A stretch of DNA of 64,000 nt from the NCBI GenBank assembly GCA_002633005.1, contig NMRA01000411.1:62001-126000 (forward strand), written 5' to 3'. The number at the start of each line of letters is the position of its first letter. The first letter of the stretch is position 1. The position numbers and the translations under genes were made by a program. Positions 13,287-26,000 of this stretch are shown here, piece by piece. The notes under the pieces were generated by a model. That model was not told the origin of the DNA. It searched no databases and saw only the letters and a list, made by a program, of their open reading frames with translations. The DNA is from Phoronis australis. Its lineage: Eukaryota; Animalia; Phoronida.

Positions 13287-14236
13287 TTAAATTTCGCAGA
13301 TGAACGGTCTGTTCCCCCAGGTGCAGCTGCCGTCGTTCCACTTAAAACCGAATCTTTCGAAATGTAGAAACATGCATTTCTCACCGCCGGGATCTCCTGC
13401 AATAGACACGGTAACGCGATTAGTAGTAGGCATTCGATACTGTTAGACTAAAAGCACAGATAACGCGATCGTTACAATTCGTAAATGATTTTATAATTGT
13501 GTGCTGTTACTTCGAATTCGTCATTGAGCTATGATTTGAATAAAACCTTCTTAAGTTTGGAGTGTGCTCGAAAAGAAACTTCTAAATATGCACGACGTTT
13601 AAAGTACGCCATTTGTATGAAAAGAGTTTGTAATGACGAAAACCGGCAAATCAGCTGGACCTTTGTGTAGATGAAAACTTTGCTTGGAAAAAGCTTTAAA
13701 CAAACCAACGAATCCGTGATAGGTTACTTGAATTTAATAGACGAAACATACAACTGACTATTATATGTTCGCTTACCGTTGTCCCAATATGTATATGTAA
13801 ACGGCTGGTTGGTTCCGTCCCAAACCCAATTTCCAACACTGTTGCGGTGACCACCGGTCCACACTGAAGTTTGAGTGCCAACATTTTTGTTTTGTAGAAA
13901 CGACTTTATTAACTCCATTTCCTCTTGGCTTTCTATGGCAACTAGGTGAGCTCCGTCCACCTCACAACGCTTTTGCGCTGCTGCCCATTGGGCCTTGGCT
14001 GTGATTAGTTTGTAGCAACCGTTTTTCATTGCGTCGTAACCCGAGGGGCACATCGTCCCTAATTTAGTTTTAACTTCCGCAAGTGCGGCGTTGATGGAGT
14101 CGAGTTTCTGCATCAAAGCTTTCTCGAGGTTTTGCAATCGCAGGTCATGAGATCGGAGAAGGGCATCGTCTGCTCTTTTCTCGTGCACCGACTCCGTCAG
14201 CGCGAAGAAGAGTACGAAAATAACTGACTTCAGCAT
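13287..14236 (-). CDS. Secreted C-type lectin with coiled-coil neck (~189 aa)
   Basis: Exons 14236-13777 and 13396-13287 with a phase-1 intron. Signal peptide MLKSVIFVLFFALTES, heptad neck LRLQNLEKALMQKLDSINAALAEVKTKL, then CTLD motifs CPSGY..GCYK..W..A..RC..GAHLVAIESQEE, VWTGG, WVWDGT, EKC, KWNDGSC, FICEI*. Confidence 0.9.
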
Positions 14237-17216
14237 TGTGCCGAACGAAAAGTACTTGGAACAAGATAGGGTGAGGTTTTATATCAGTTGATACGTACCC
14301 ACCTGGGGGTATCTCAGAAATGATTATCAAGTGAACAGATAATTTTATGTCGGCAAGTGATTCTAGATACGGTAACCAGTGGCAGTCATATACCTGTATA
14401 TGGAATTTGCAGTTACTGGGTTTTTCCATAGACAAAGCTGCACTAAGTTCGTCTAAGGTTTTACTAGTTCGAAATGGTAATTTGGTTTTTTGTTGTCAAA
14501 GCTGCGTCGTTACAAATTAACGATTGTTATTGTTATGTTGTTGCATCAATTCACACTAAAGATTCTTCAGTTTAAGTAAACGGAATTTTATTTCATCAAA
14601 TTTCTCAACAAAATCAACTTTCAGAAAATTTCACGCAACATTTCGCAAAAATTTTAGCATTTGTGGAAAAGCAATCAGACTACGAAAAGCAGAATTTTCA
14701 GCCGCAATCATTAAAAACTCGTCATCCGACCAATGCAAGAAAGATTATAGTCCCCTGTAACAGGCAAGTCTATTTATGATATGTGAAGTTCTTTGACATT
14801 TTTGTAAAAATAATTATCAAAAATAACCGACATAATTTACGTATGAGGGCAAACAGTCACACACACACACGGTGTTTTCGTGAAAAGTGACACGTGACTA
14901 ACGTCAGACATTTGTTTTTCCTCTCCCACTTCCCAATTGCTGAATAAAAGATTTAGCCAAGAAATTATGAGCGCATCGCAGTCTAGAAATAATTTACAGA
15001 AATTATCTCAGTAACTAGAAGTTGTGCGTCTATTCTCAGAGACTTTGCACTTTTGTTCAAGTGAGATTTAATTATATTTCAGAAGTAGGTATGTGGAGCA
15101 TAAGGTCAAATTTCTGCGCAGACGTTAACTATGCTGAGTCCAATAGAATGCACTAGCCGCACAACGTTCTGCAAGCAACAGTTATTGATATTTCGATGAT
15201 TTGTTAAATAAATCGTGATGATCGACAGTTGCCGACTAGTAGTCACTGAGTGCAAGTGTCACGGGAGGTGCACGTGTAACGGAGACGCAACCACCCAACA
15301 ATCACTGATATGCTATGTTAGTTTAATTCACACTGAGGTCAAATCATAGACTATAGTACATTCTGTTGTCTATAATCTATGGTCAAATGTAGGATTTGTT
15401 CAAGATTAGGTTCGAAAAGGATACTTGAACAAGGTGAAAACGAGAATTGTCGAGGAAGCGGTGGAAATTGACGAAAGGGGGGAGCGCGAAATTTGTAGGC
15501 CACATCGGTTATGACCCACGAGACTGAACTCGCGATTCCCAACTTGGTCCCCCTGACACGTCATTCGCATAGGTTTTCGCAACCTCATAGTATGACAAGT
15601 CGAATAGCGCAATCATTTCACTTTTTTCATTTTTCAGTAGTTTGCATTCATTCACTCACAGAAGGCAACTAGAAATACTTGGTCAGGAATACTCTACAAC
15701 AAACAGCTTTCAAGTACATTGGTCTCTCAACAGGATTTGAGTACATTCATTACATTTGTTGGTCATCTTTCTCCAAGTTTAGAGCTTTGTTCATTTTTCA
15801 AGAATATTTATTTCCCAATATTATACTTAGCCAAAATTAAAAGTAGTTCACGCTGGCGAGTTTGGGGTCCCTATTGATTTTTCATGTAGAGTTTTTACCA
15901 AGAATTCTATTGAAACCATTTTAGCTTTGTGTTTTTAGAGAAATTCATAAAATTTAAATAAACAACTTTCTAACAAATAGCAATGTCATTTTCAAACCTA
16001 AACGTCCTCTTCAGTTGTGATTTTAGTTTAACATACATATGCTAAACATATAAGCCGGACATTTGTTTGCACATTTCAGTGATCGTTGCGACACACCCGG
16101 GAAATGCGGTAGTTAGTGTTAGTGCTAAAAATTTTTACGCCCATCCAGGTTGACTGAATTGCTTTAACTCTGTCATCCATAAATCATACACAAAACTTAT
16201 ACCTTATCATTTCATGTTTTGATGAAAATTTGATCGTTTTTTACTTTAAGTAACGAATGGTAATACGTGGGTTGATAAACATTTCTACCAAAAACTTCAC
16301 ATACTTCCCGCGGTTAAGGGCAAGTTCTTTCACCCTAGATAATTTTTCTGTCCAAAAAGTAAATTTTAAATTTAGTAAAAAAGAAAGGTATATCCAAGGC
16401 ACAGTAATAAGATCAATAACATGACCGAATTTTGTATGATGTAGCTGTTCCGGATAAAATCTCAAAGGTAGTGTTACAGTTTTCTAAATTATCGTTTCGT
16501 TTTTGTTTTATGTGATTTTTATTTTTTCATGAAAGTTCTACTTTGTGGAAGCCCCTCATGCAAATTTGGAACATTTCAAAAACAATTTCGAACTGAAAAT
16601 ATTGAGTAAAGATCCCTTTTGGAACCAAAGAACCGTACCTTGATGTGAAAAGTGTTCAGCTGTTTCGTCCATATTTCACGGACTTGATTCACCACCGGGT
16701 GCGCCCCTGTCGCTGTAGAATAAAACGATAATTTATAACTGCGTTTTGCTGAACAGTTCATAAAGCATAGTACGGTATGCGAGTTTCATGTGAATCTGAT
16801 CCTGTAATATAATGAGGCTAGGCCCTCTGCATTTAATTGAGGTTTCCGAAAATTAAAAGTGGATTGCAATCATATCTTTGACTGTAGTAGAGCTTATCAC
16901 AGGTGTTATGCAAGAATTGTTTCAATGGTCAGCTGAGGTGATTTTGCTGGGCAAGCTCCATTCAGATTAATTAATACTTATGCAAGTGTCACGTGCAAAC
17001 TCTGACCAGGGACTTTAACCGTCACGAGATGGGCCCATCATATGATGCCAGCTAGAATAGTACTTAAGGCATTGGCCATCAAGCCGGGAAATGCAGACCA
17101 AGACCATGACATCTGAACAGACCACAACAGACCAAGACCGAAGCAAAACCAAGACCAGACCCAGACCTGATCTCCAGGAGAAGCCGACAGCGAAGGCCAA
17201 GAATCCCAGTTCAGTG

Positions 17217-18180
17217 CATATGCGGATTTAGGAGGGGCAGGGGGCCCGGGTCCCACCCCCCTTGGCTGCCGCAAAAAAATAAAACAGTATAAGAGCGTAG
17301 GGAAATGTTGAGTTTATTAATTTGCCCCGGTAATTAAAGTTATACGGATGAAAAAAGATTTAAATGTGTGCAGTTTTAGTGTTGGGGGGGGGGCTCAGAT
17401 CCAATTTCAAGTGTGAAATTCGGAACACGGCGCATTCGTAACGGAACTTTGGCTAAGTGCAGGCTCTCCCGCGATATCCCAGGCGACCGGCAGTGGCGCT
17501 GCGCACTACGACTCCGTTTCCGTCGTCTGCTCCACTGTGTAATGAAGAAAATTTACTTCATTTTTTAAAGATAATGGAACCTGAGTGACGATGAAAAAAC
17601 AGAAGCTGCTGGTAAGATGTGAATTTTAATCGAAGCCTTAGTGAATCACTCAGAAACTCATTAATTCTCTCTTTGTCAAACCTTAACTTAAGACGATTTC
17701 CAAAGCAATCCCGTCATTATTGCCAACACGAAAAACGGATTGGGTCTTTTGGACATTTTAAGTACAACAAATTTGTTAAGAACCGATTGCACAAAATATA
17801 AAACGTGTAATAAGCATTACAAAAAGAAGTAGGTTTCGCGCGCAAACGCTGTGGACCATAAACAAGTAGGTCTCTTAGTATGAGAACATTAGTTAAATCG
17901 TGGTGGTGTAGTGGTAACGCACGCGCGCTCTACCTGCCAGGTCGTGAGTTCGAGTCTTTGGTACTTGCAGTTTTTCCTGTTTGACACGTTCTCCGTGTTT
18001 TTTTGCCTTTTTTTCTTGGATAATACTTCAGGAATCAAGGAAAATGCTCGATTTTTAGAGGTAAAAACAGAAAAATTTCCCCATTCGGTGCTATGCGCAT
18101 CTACAATCGTGGTTTGCGCAAATGCTTACAGCCGGACAGAAATGTTGGGCCCCCCTTGTGATATCCTAGATCCGCCACTG
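17217..18180. mobile_element. ~1-kb non-autonomous TIR element B (copy 2), 5-bp TSD CAGTG
   Basis: cagtg|catatgcggattta...tagatccgccactg|cagtg; reverse complement of 7837-8867; tRNA-like A/B boxes at ~17900-17965. Confidence 0.9.
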
Positions 18181-21129
18181 CAGTGAAGTCAATTCGAGGT
18201 ATAAACACTTAAATACAGGCGTTGGTCTCAGCCTGTTAGTCAATTTGAACCAGTCTAGTGATTGTTTTAGAGGGTCAGTTCATGTTGCGACTTGTATACA
18301 TTAACGTGTGCGGTAGCTACGGGTAACTGGTGGCACTGTAGATTAATACTTTCACCTGTAACAATATATCGTTTCATTCGAACAGTCGTCAGTCTTACAA
18401 CTCGTTGTAATCTATTGTTTGTACTTCACAACGCTGCAAATTAATAGACGCATTCTATTGTTAAAGTATTCGTGTGTTCTTTGTTCAAGCATTCTCCAGG
18501 TTCTTAACCAATTTTATCATTAGCAACTACGATCCAGTTTGTCATATTTCCAATTGCTTCATATGTAGCAGTATCTAATTATATTCTCAAAATCTCCTGA
18601 GCAGTGCCAGTTTACTTCTTGGTGCCTGGCGTGTCGGTCGTTTTCAGCACTAATTCACTGTTTTCTTAAGTATTCCTACTGATTTTTGCATTTCCATTTG
18701 TTTATCTCGTACAGGGGACCTTCTTATTAGCGGTCAATAACCTTTAGAAGGCCTCCTAATTGAAATCAAGTTTTAATCAATGTATTATTGTTATGTAATG
18801 TAAATAAATAAAAAGCGTTTTTTTCTCTCTCTCTTTGATTTACTACCACGAGCGCGTCATCTGTTGGCCGCAACACGCATTGATATACCACAATCCGCCA
18901 TTACTGGCAGTTTTCTAGGTCCTACATAACATTATGAAATGTTTATACTACGGGAATAAAAGCAGTTGGAAACAAAGGAGAAGCGTGTATGTACTCCTTT
19001 CATTCAAGTCATCACGAAAACATGTTTCGCATGTTCCTGCCACACAATGCGGCGATGTCGAGTGCAAAAATCAAGCGGTAATAATGAGCTCGTAAATACA
19101 CATTCGAAATGTAGCGACGTGTTGAACAACAAGGGAGAAACAATTGGGTTAATAGGTATCGTGGTGGCCTTAAAATGTACTTGATAATTCGTCAGACATT
19201 CCAACACTTCCACAGAAGAACAGAATGTCTCTTATATTTAAATAACTCTTGAAGTCTCGACAGTGTATAGTTTATTTGCGCTCCATCTTACCGTGGTTAC
19301 TTTATCGTGTTGCCTTACTGAAGACCATGACGTACTAATTAAACAGTTTGCGTTCAGCACAATATAAACAAGAAGTAATTAGCTATTTCGTGATTCTCTG
19401 TGATTTTTAATTCCTTTTTACTGGGAAACGAAGACAAGGTTGCGCACAGTGTTTTGGTTTGAAGTGGGCTCATACCCTTTATCTTCCGTCTCCTTTCGAC
19501 TGCTTCGCCCAGAAACGACGATGACTAATCTACGCCTGAGTTATTTCCTTGTAGGCCTTTCAGGATGCCAAAATAACTTCTTTTGATTTTTACGGTATCG
19601 AATGAGGTGAGCATTAATTATCTGTGCCGTTCAACCGTCAGTACCTTACTATCGTCCTGAATAAAATTAAAGTTAACTTATTTACGAACCCCGTTCTTTA
19701 TAGTCGCGACATTGAGACAAAGCACGACCAGTCAAATTGATAAACTTCAATAGGATATTTTATTGACAAACGAGTTGTCAGATAAGATAGTGCTGGTGTT
19801 CGATGGTCCTTCACAACAGTTGTCAACGTACACTGTTATTAACTGAAGTTGATACAGGCATCTGTTGAACTTGTCCGTAGAGTTATATGTACGACGTTGG
19901 CGACTGTCCGCAAACGGTGAACGGATGAAGATCTACTTTCCATAACCTGAATTTGAGAACAAGCCTAGTAGGTAAGGCAATGTTCTTTCGGTGATAGTGA
20001 TAGCGGAAAGGACCGAAAGTGTAAGACAGAATGAAAATGTGTCTTACTAGTCAGTATGTTTCTACGATATATGTCTGCGCGTATACTTCCTTGTGCATCA
20101 ATTTCACAGAGGACATTATCTTTGCCTACATGTTACGTGAGTCGACAAATGAAATTTTGATTACTTTAAGTAGCGTAATATTTATGTAAGTAGATCATAA
20201 CAATGCCAAGTTTTGAAATTTTGAGGGTTAGCCGTAAGAGATTTTTGTTAGTTTACCATGTGTGAGAGAGGACAGTAATTTATTAAATAGGTTCATAGAA
20301 AAATAACGACAACCAAAGACTGATTGTAGCTGCACGTCGGTGTTCATTTTTAAAATTATTTCACGACAAAGTTATGTGGGGGGACGTAGAAAATTGTGAA
20401 AAATTACATAACTTCGAAACATCATATCTCATAAATGGCAGATCAGAATCATATGAAACTTTCAGATACAGTCTATTATACCACAATATTAGCCTCTCGG
20501 GCGATTATTCTCCAAAATCCACTAGATAACGGGGGATAACGACTTCGCCATGTAATAATCTATATTTATACTCTGTTCTTCTAGATACTAGACACTAATA
20601 GGAATTGTTTTAAAATGCTATCAAAAAGTGGGCCCAAACATTCCCAAACAGAGGATCACCTGCTTGCTACTCGGCAATTCAAGAAGCCGGCAGTGGGTGC
20701 TACGTTGCTCTAGACGTATTACAACAATTTCGAAAGCTTATAATTTGCTTAAAATGTAATCTCATGACCAAGCACCATTTGAAATCTAATATGATACGAA
20801 AATTATGTACCTAGGGCCAATGGTAACAGAAATAATTTTTTCTCAAAGAACGTTTTGTAACTCCGCCGTTTTTCAACCAAATTGAGCTCTTGATGATGTA
20901 TGGATTCAGCAGAAGAAAAAGATAAATAATATATTTCTTTAATTATTATTATTTTGCATATCTGACAGATCATTTTTTTAATTCTGAAAACCAAGAGAGT
21001 TACCAAAATGCGAAAAATAACAAAATATGGCGAAATAGTAAAACCCTCCATGCACTAATTGGCCGATTAATTAACTAATTTGTCAATTAATTAACTAGTA
21101 ATGTCAATTAAATTAGTTATAATAGTAAC

Positions 21130-21680
21130 ATGAAAAGGAAATGGGCAAGAGAGGTAGACATTACGTAACTGAATAATTAAGCCAGCAGCTAAATAGTCTC
21201 AATTGTTCAAGAGATTGCCATCAAAAGATTTTACAACATATGGATCGCTCACAGCTGCAGTGAAGAATTTAGTCAGATATTCACCCAAAATTATAAATCT
21301 TTATGCATTAATTGGACCTTTGGTGCTGTTCGGTGACATTGCATTATTGAGTAAAAATCCAGGATGCAATGACATTCAGGAAAATGTGATATATTAATTA
21401 CTCCAGCTTCCAGCTGCAGATAAGGGTTTTCGTGGTAGATGAAAATAGTCAAATATTTGTGTAGCGTTGAAATATGATGTGGCTAGCTCATTACATTGGC
21501 TGCAGTTCAGGTCTTTACGTAGTAACGAATCCATTTCTCCAAAAATTAAAGTGAAAATTAGTGATACCGGTATATGTAGTGTGTGTCGAAGTATAGAAGA
21601 GATATTGGAGCACATTTTTACGATTGTTATGTTACTGAAGAAATTGGACTCTGGAAAATAACAATATTCATAAGAAAGAG
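21130..21680 (+). mobile_element. Degraded LINE (Tx1/L1-like) 3' fragment, zf-RVT-like region
   Basis: Residual peptides KRKWAREVDI and SLHWLQFRSL..KVKISDTGICSVCRSIEEILEHIF match the C-terminal CCHC region pattern of Tx1/L1 ORF2; stops and frameshifts present. Confidence 0.55.
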
Positions 21681-23023
21681 ACTGTTAATTGGAACACCTG
21701 TTGCATAGTTATCAATATTCGAAAAAGAAAAAGAGGACAGTTGGATTCAAAAGCGGGTTTACGTCAAAACTCGAAGGTGAAATGTTCACCGCAAAGCACA
21801 AAAAAGTACCGACAGCATTTTTTGTCGAACGGGAGATCACGGGTGCCATTACACCCAAAAGTGTTTTTCATTTTTAATTAATCAGGAAATTGCAGCAGCA
21901 GTAAAAAACATGAACGTCCGGTTCTATGGCTCAGCGGCACTGAAATAGCGATGCTCGGTTAAAAAGTGATCGCCAACTTGGCGGCTTATAATACCACAAT
22001 ACTTGCCTCGACTTTAACGACATGCAGGATGTATTCCTTTTTCTCATCAGTTGTGTATGTTAAATTGCTTTTCACCGTCTAGCTGCGATTCTCGTCACTC
22101 TGTGTACCGCCGAGGGTCATTTTTGCCGCCTTCCCTACGTCTGTGCCGCAATAATGTTGTGGTGTCACTCGAGACGGAACCCCTAACCTACGCTGCTGCG
22201 TCCACCCCTCGTGTTTTACTTCTCAGTTTATTTTCAAAACGGTAAAGCTTTGCTTTTAAATTTGGAAACAAACCCTGAATTAGCTATGCATTTTTTAATC
22301 TGAGTTATGTAGGACGTGTGACTTTCCGGATACAAGTTAAATTCTTTTTGACGGTACTTTCGGGAAAGTGGGTCCGTACAGTTGTGTTCATGACAACATA
22401 AAACCTAAGATTTTTACGGCAAATTGTGAATATTTGAAAACGTTTCTGAGATGAGCTGAAAGAGCAAAACAATGTAAAATTTGATTATTAAAAACATCAA
22501 CAACCAAAAAATGCCACATTGTTGACCATTTTAACTCCTTAAGGGGTCAGTTGAAGATAAAACATTACTTAATAAACTGCATTTTGATACTTCTGGTGTA
22601 GCGTTTATTTCAGTTTGGATGAAAAAAATAAGACACAATTATTTGCTGCCGACACGGAGCGGAGCAGAATCTGCATAGATTTTACTTTTATGGGTATTTT
22701 ACTTGGACAGTTGCATACACCTATGTCTTCTAAATTTTCCAAAAAACACACACGTGTACATGTAACGTGCCACCGCCCTGAACAAAATGCACGAACGGTA
22801 TCTTTTTCTGGTAAAGCAGAAGTTTCATACTTGTAACATGGCCTGTCTTTTAAACTATCATAACACAACAAGAAAAGGATATGATAATTATTCGCAACAA
22901 AAAGGAATGAAATTGAGAGATTTCTAATTAAAACGGCAACTATCCTTTAGGCGTTAACTCCTGCAAAAACCGCGAGCAATCCAATGAAATGAGATCATAT
23001 TTACAGATAGCAGAAGAAAAGAA

Positions 23024-26000
23024 ATGAGATTCAAACGTGGTGTGACAATTATGCTCACCCTCCTGTTTTGGAACGAGACCAACGCATCATCAACGCAATA
23101 CATAACCGCAACATCACCTACAAAAACTACAACATCAGCACAGGGCACACTCACATCCAACACTGCCGCAACGGCAACATCACCTACAGACGCTACAACA
23201 TCAGCACAAGGTACAGTCACATCCAACACTGCCACAACGGCAACATCAGTTGCCAACACTACAACATCAGCACAAGGCACAGCCACATCCAACACTGATG
23301 CAACGGCAACATCACCTACAGACGCTACAACATCAGCACAAGGTACAGTCACATCCAACACTGCTGCAACGGCAACATCACCTACAAACACTACAACATC
23401 AGCACAGGGCACAGTCACATCCAACACTGCCGCAACGGCAACATCAGTTGCCAACACTACAACATCAGCACAAGGCACAGTCACATCCAACACTGATGCA
23501 ACGGCAACATCACCTACAGACGTTACAACATCAGCACAAGGCACAGTCACATCCAACACTGCCGCAATGGCAACATCACCTACAAACACTACATCAGCAC
23601 AGGGCACAGTCACATCCAACACTGCCGCAACGGCAACATCACCTACAAACACTACAACATCAGCACAGAGCACACTCACATCCAACACTGCCGCAACGGT
23701 AACATCACTTGCCAACACTACTACATCAGTACAAGGCACAGTCACACCCATCACTGCCGCAACGGCAACATCACCTAAAAACACTACAACATCAGCACAG
23801 AGCACACTCACATCCAACACTGCCGCAACGGTAACATCACTTGCCAACACTACAACATCAGCACAAGGCACAGTCACACCCATCACTGGTGCAACGGCAA
23901 TATCACTTTTCAGCACAGCAATATCAGCTCATGGCACAGTAACACCCAACACTGCTTCAACGGTAACATCACCCACCAACACTGCAACTTCTTCAGAAGC
24001 CACAGTCACACCCATCACTGCCGCAATGGCAACATCATCTACCAACACTGCTACATCATTGCAAGCCACAGTCACACCTAGCACTGCTGCTGCGGCAACA
24101 TCACCTACCATCACCACCACCATCAGCACTACAGAATTAGCACCCGCCACAGTCACACCCAACACTATGACCTCAACGGAAGGCAAAGAAGTCGCAACGA
24201 CACCAGAAGGGAAAGAGTTCGTGGCCACCGAATTCCTGGTTGAAATCACAATCTCACTGAAACCGACGGACGACGTGAACTCCGTGACGTTCAAGGAAAG
24301 TTTAACGGAAGGTGAGTTTCAATACACCATATACCCAGAACCACCTTTTTCATCCCGTAGCCCAACACTCTGAGCTAAGTGTATCATGTAACATGTTGTC
24401 TTCCGGAGTAATTGTCATCTCACTATTACAAGGCTGTGTACATGAAGGTTACGTGTAGGCTCTGGTGCAAATTTTACAATTTACCTGTCTCCTAGCAGGC
24501 GTATATTCTAAGAGTCACGTGTTTGTTTTTCAGAACGAATTTTGTGCATAAAAACCTTCAGTTACTGAAATTATGTCATCTACTCATATTCTTCTCGCCC
24601 TTTAAAAATAGAAAAAGGCAACCGTTGACAAACACACAGATGACGAAAGAAGTCGATTGTCTTCATATTTACGCATCTGGGATAACTCGTTTCAATGATC
24701 CGTAGTGTTTAGTCGTTATCATAATCAATACTCTACTTAAAGGTATTAAACTTTGCTACCAAAGTGGCTTCAGACGATCAATTGGTTTAAACAGGCGGAA
24801 ACGTGAAAGTAATTCGACAGCATCCAACAACTATATAGTAAGTTATCTTCATTACTCGAATTTCACAGAGTTATTGTAATACATGCGCGCACCCAGGAGG
24901 GGGGCTCGAATGAGCCCCCCCCTCATTTGGCAAAGTGGGCAAAAAGGTCCGCCTCAGAGACACAAAAAGTCCGAAAAAAACGTGACAAAAGTGCACTAAA
25001 AATGTAGTACCCCGTTTGTTTAGTCCTACCAATGTTTTGTCAGCAAAGGGTCCACATCGACAGAAATTCGCCCCCTGTTTTCAAGGCTGGGTGCGCGCGT
25101 GTAATAGTGTATAATTACCAGAGGCATGTTAAAAATAAGGTCATTTTCGGTTGACCACTTCTTTTAGAGTACGTCTTTATATATTGAGTGAATCGTATGT
25201 TCGAAGCATACTGTACATTTTGAAGTAAATTTCAGATACAAAATAACTCATTTCTACTGGCTCGTACAACACTAACTTTGTTGAACATAATGGATTAAAA
25301 GCATTAGACTTTGCTTTAACGGCGGAATGTATGTTGAATTGTGCTGTTTCAATTAAACTTGAATCTCTTCCAGTTAGAGCTTCTTCTACAAAGAAACAGC
25401 TATTTGTCATGGTCCTTTAACCACCAAGACAGGAAATTTGAATTTTGGGTTACTGAGAATAATGTTACTATTCGTAGATCCAGAAGATTGAAAGGAAGGG
25501 AAACGAGGCTCTTGTCAAGTTCTACGTCACGCACAACAATCAACCAATGTCAGCGCAGCACGTAGTTAGCACCATGAATAAACTGGATTTGACGGAGATG
25601 TCAGCTTTAATAGGACGTCCTGTACGTATTTTTGGTTTGGTGAATTTTATGTTTGCTCTCCGTGAGCAGGTGCAAAAAGTCTCGGATCCTTCCAAAGATG
25701 ACGTCATACACAGAAAAAAGTATAGAACACCATCACCTTAACTTTTCGGCACTAAACGAGGCTCCAAATGGCGTGATGGATTACCTGAATTCAATTAGGA
25801 TAATTAGTAAATGCCAGGTGTAAAATGATACATGAAACGCTAATGTTGACCAAAAATACACTTAGTTAACATATCTTAAAGGCATTTATTTATCCTGCTA
25901 ACCCCCCTCCCCCCGTCGTTACGATGATTAGTAAGGTCACCGTTGCACACTAGAAGATTACATAATCAGTTGTCATGAGTAATCTTACCAAAAAGCTGAG

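Noticed and set aside
13287-14236. Lectin as orthologue of CLEC2L/KLRG2, which lie near human HIPK2
   Set aside because: Those are type II membrane NK-type lectins, while this one is secreted; CTLD genes are so numerous in invertebrates that adjacency is expected by chance.
17900-17965. Functional tRNA gene
   Set aside because: Acceptor and anticodon stems do not pair properly, and it is embedded in a repeated TIR element.
22954-24294. Long antisense and alternative-frame ORFs (320, 150 and 121 aa)
   Set aside because: Shadows of the stop-poor mucin repeat; only the Thr/Ser frame has a signal peptide and splices onward.
25341-25565. ORF LELLLQRNSYLSWSF... as a mucin exon
   Set aside because: It ends in a stop; the exon 25478-25621 in another frame gives the KIAA1549-like peptide and correct phases.
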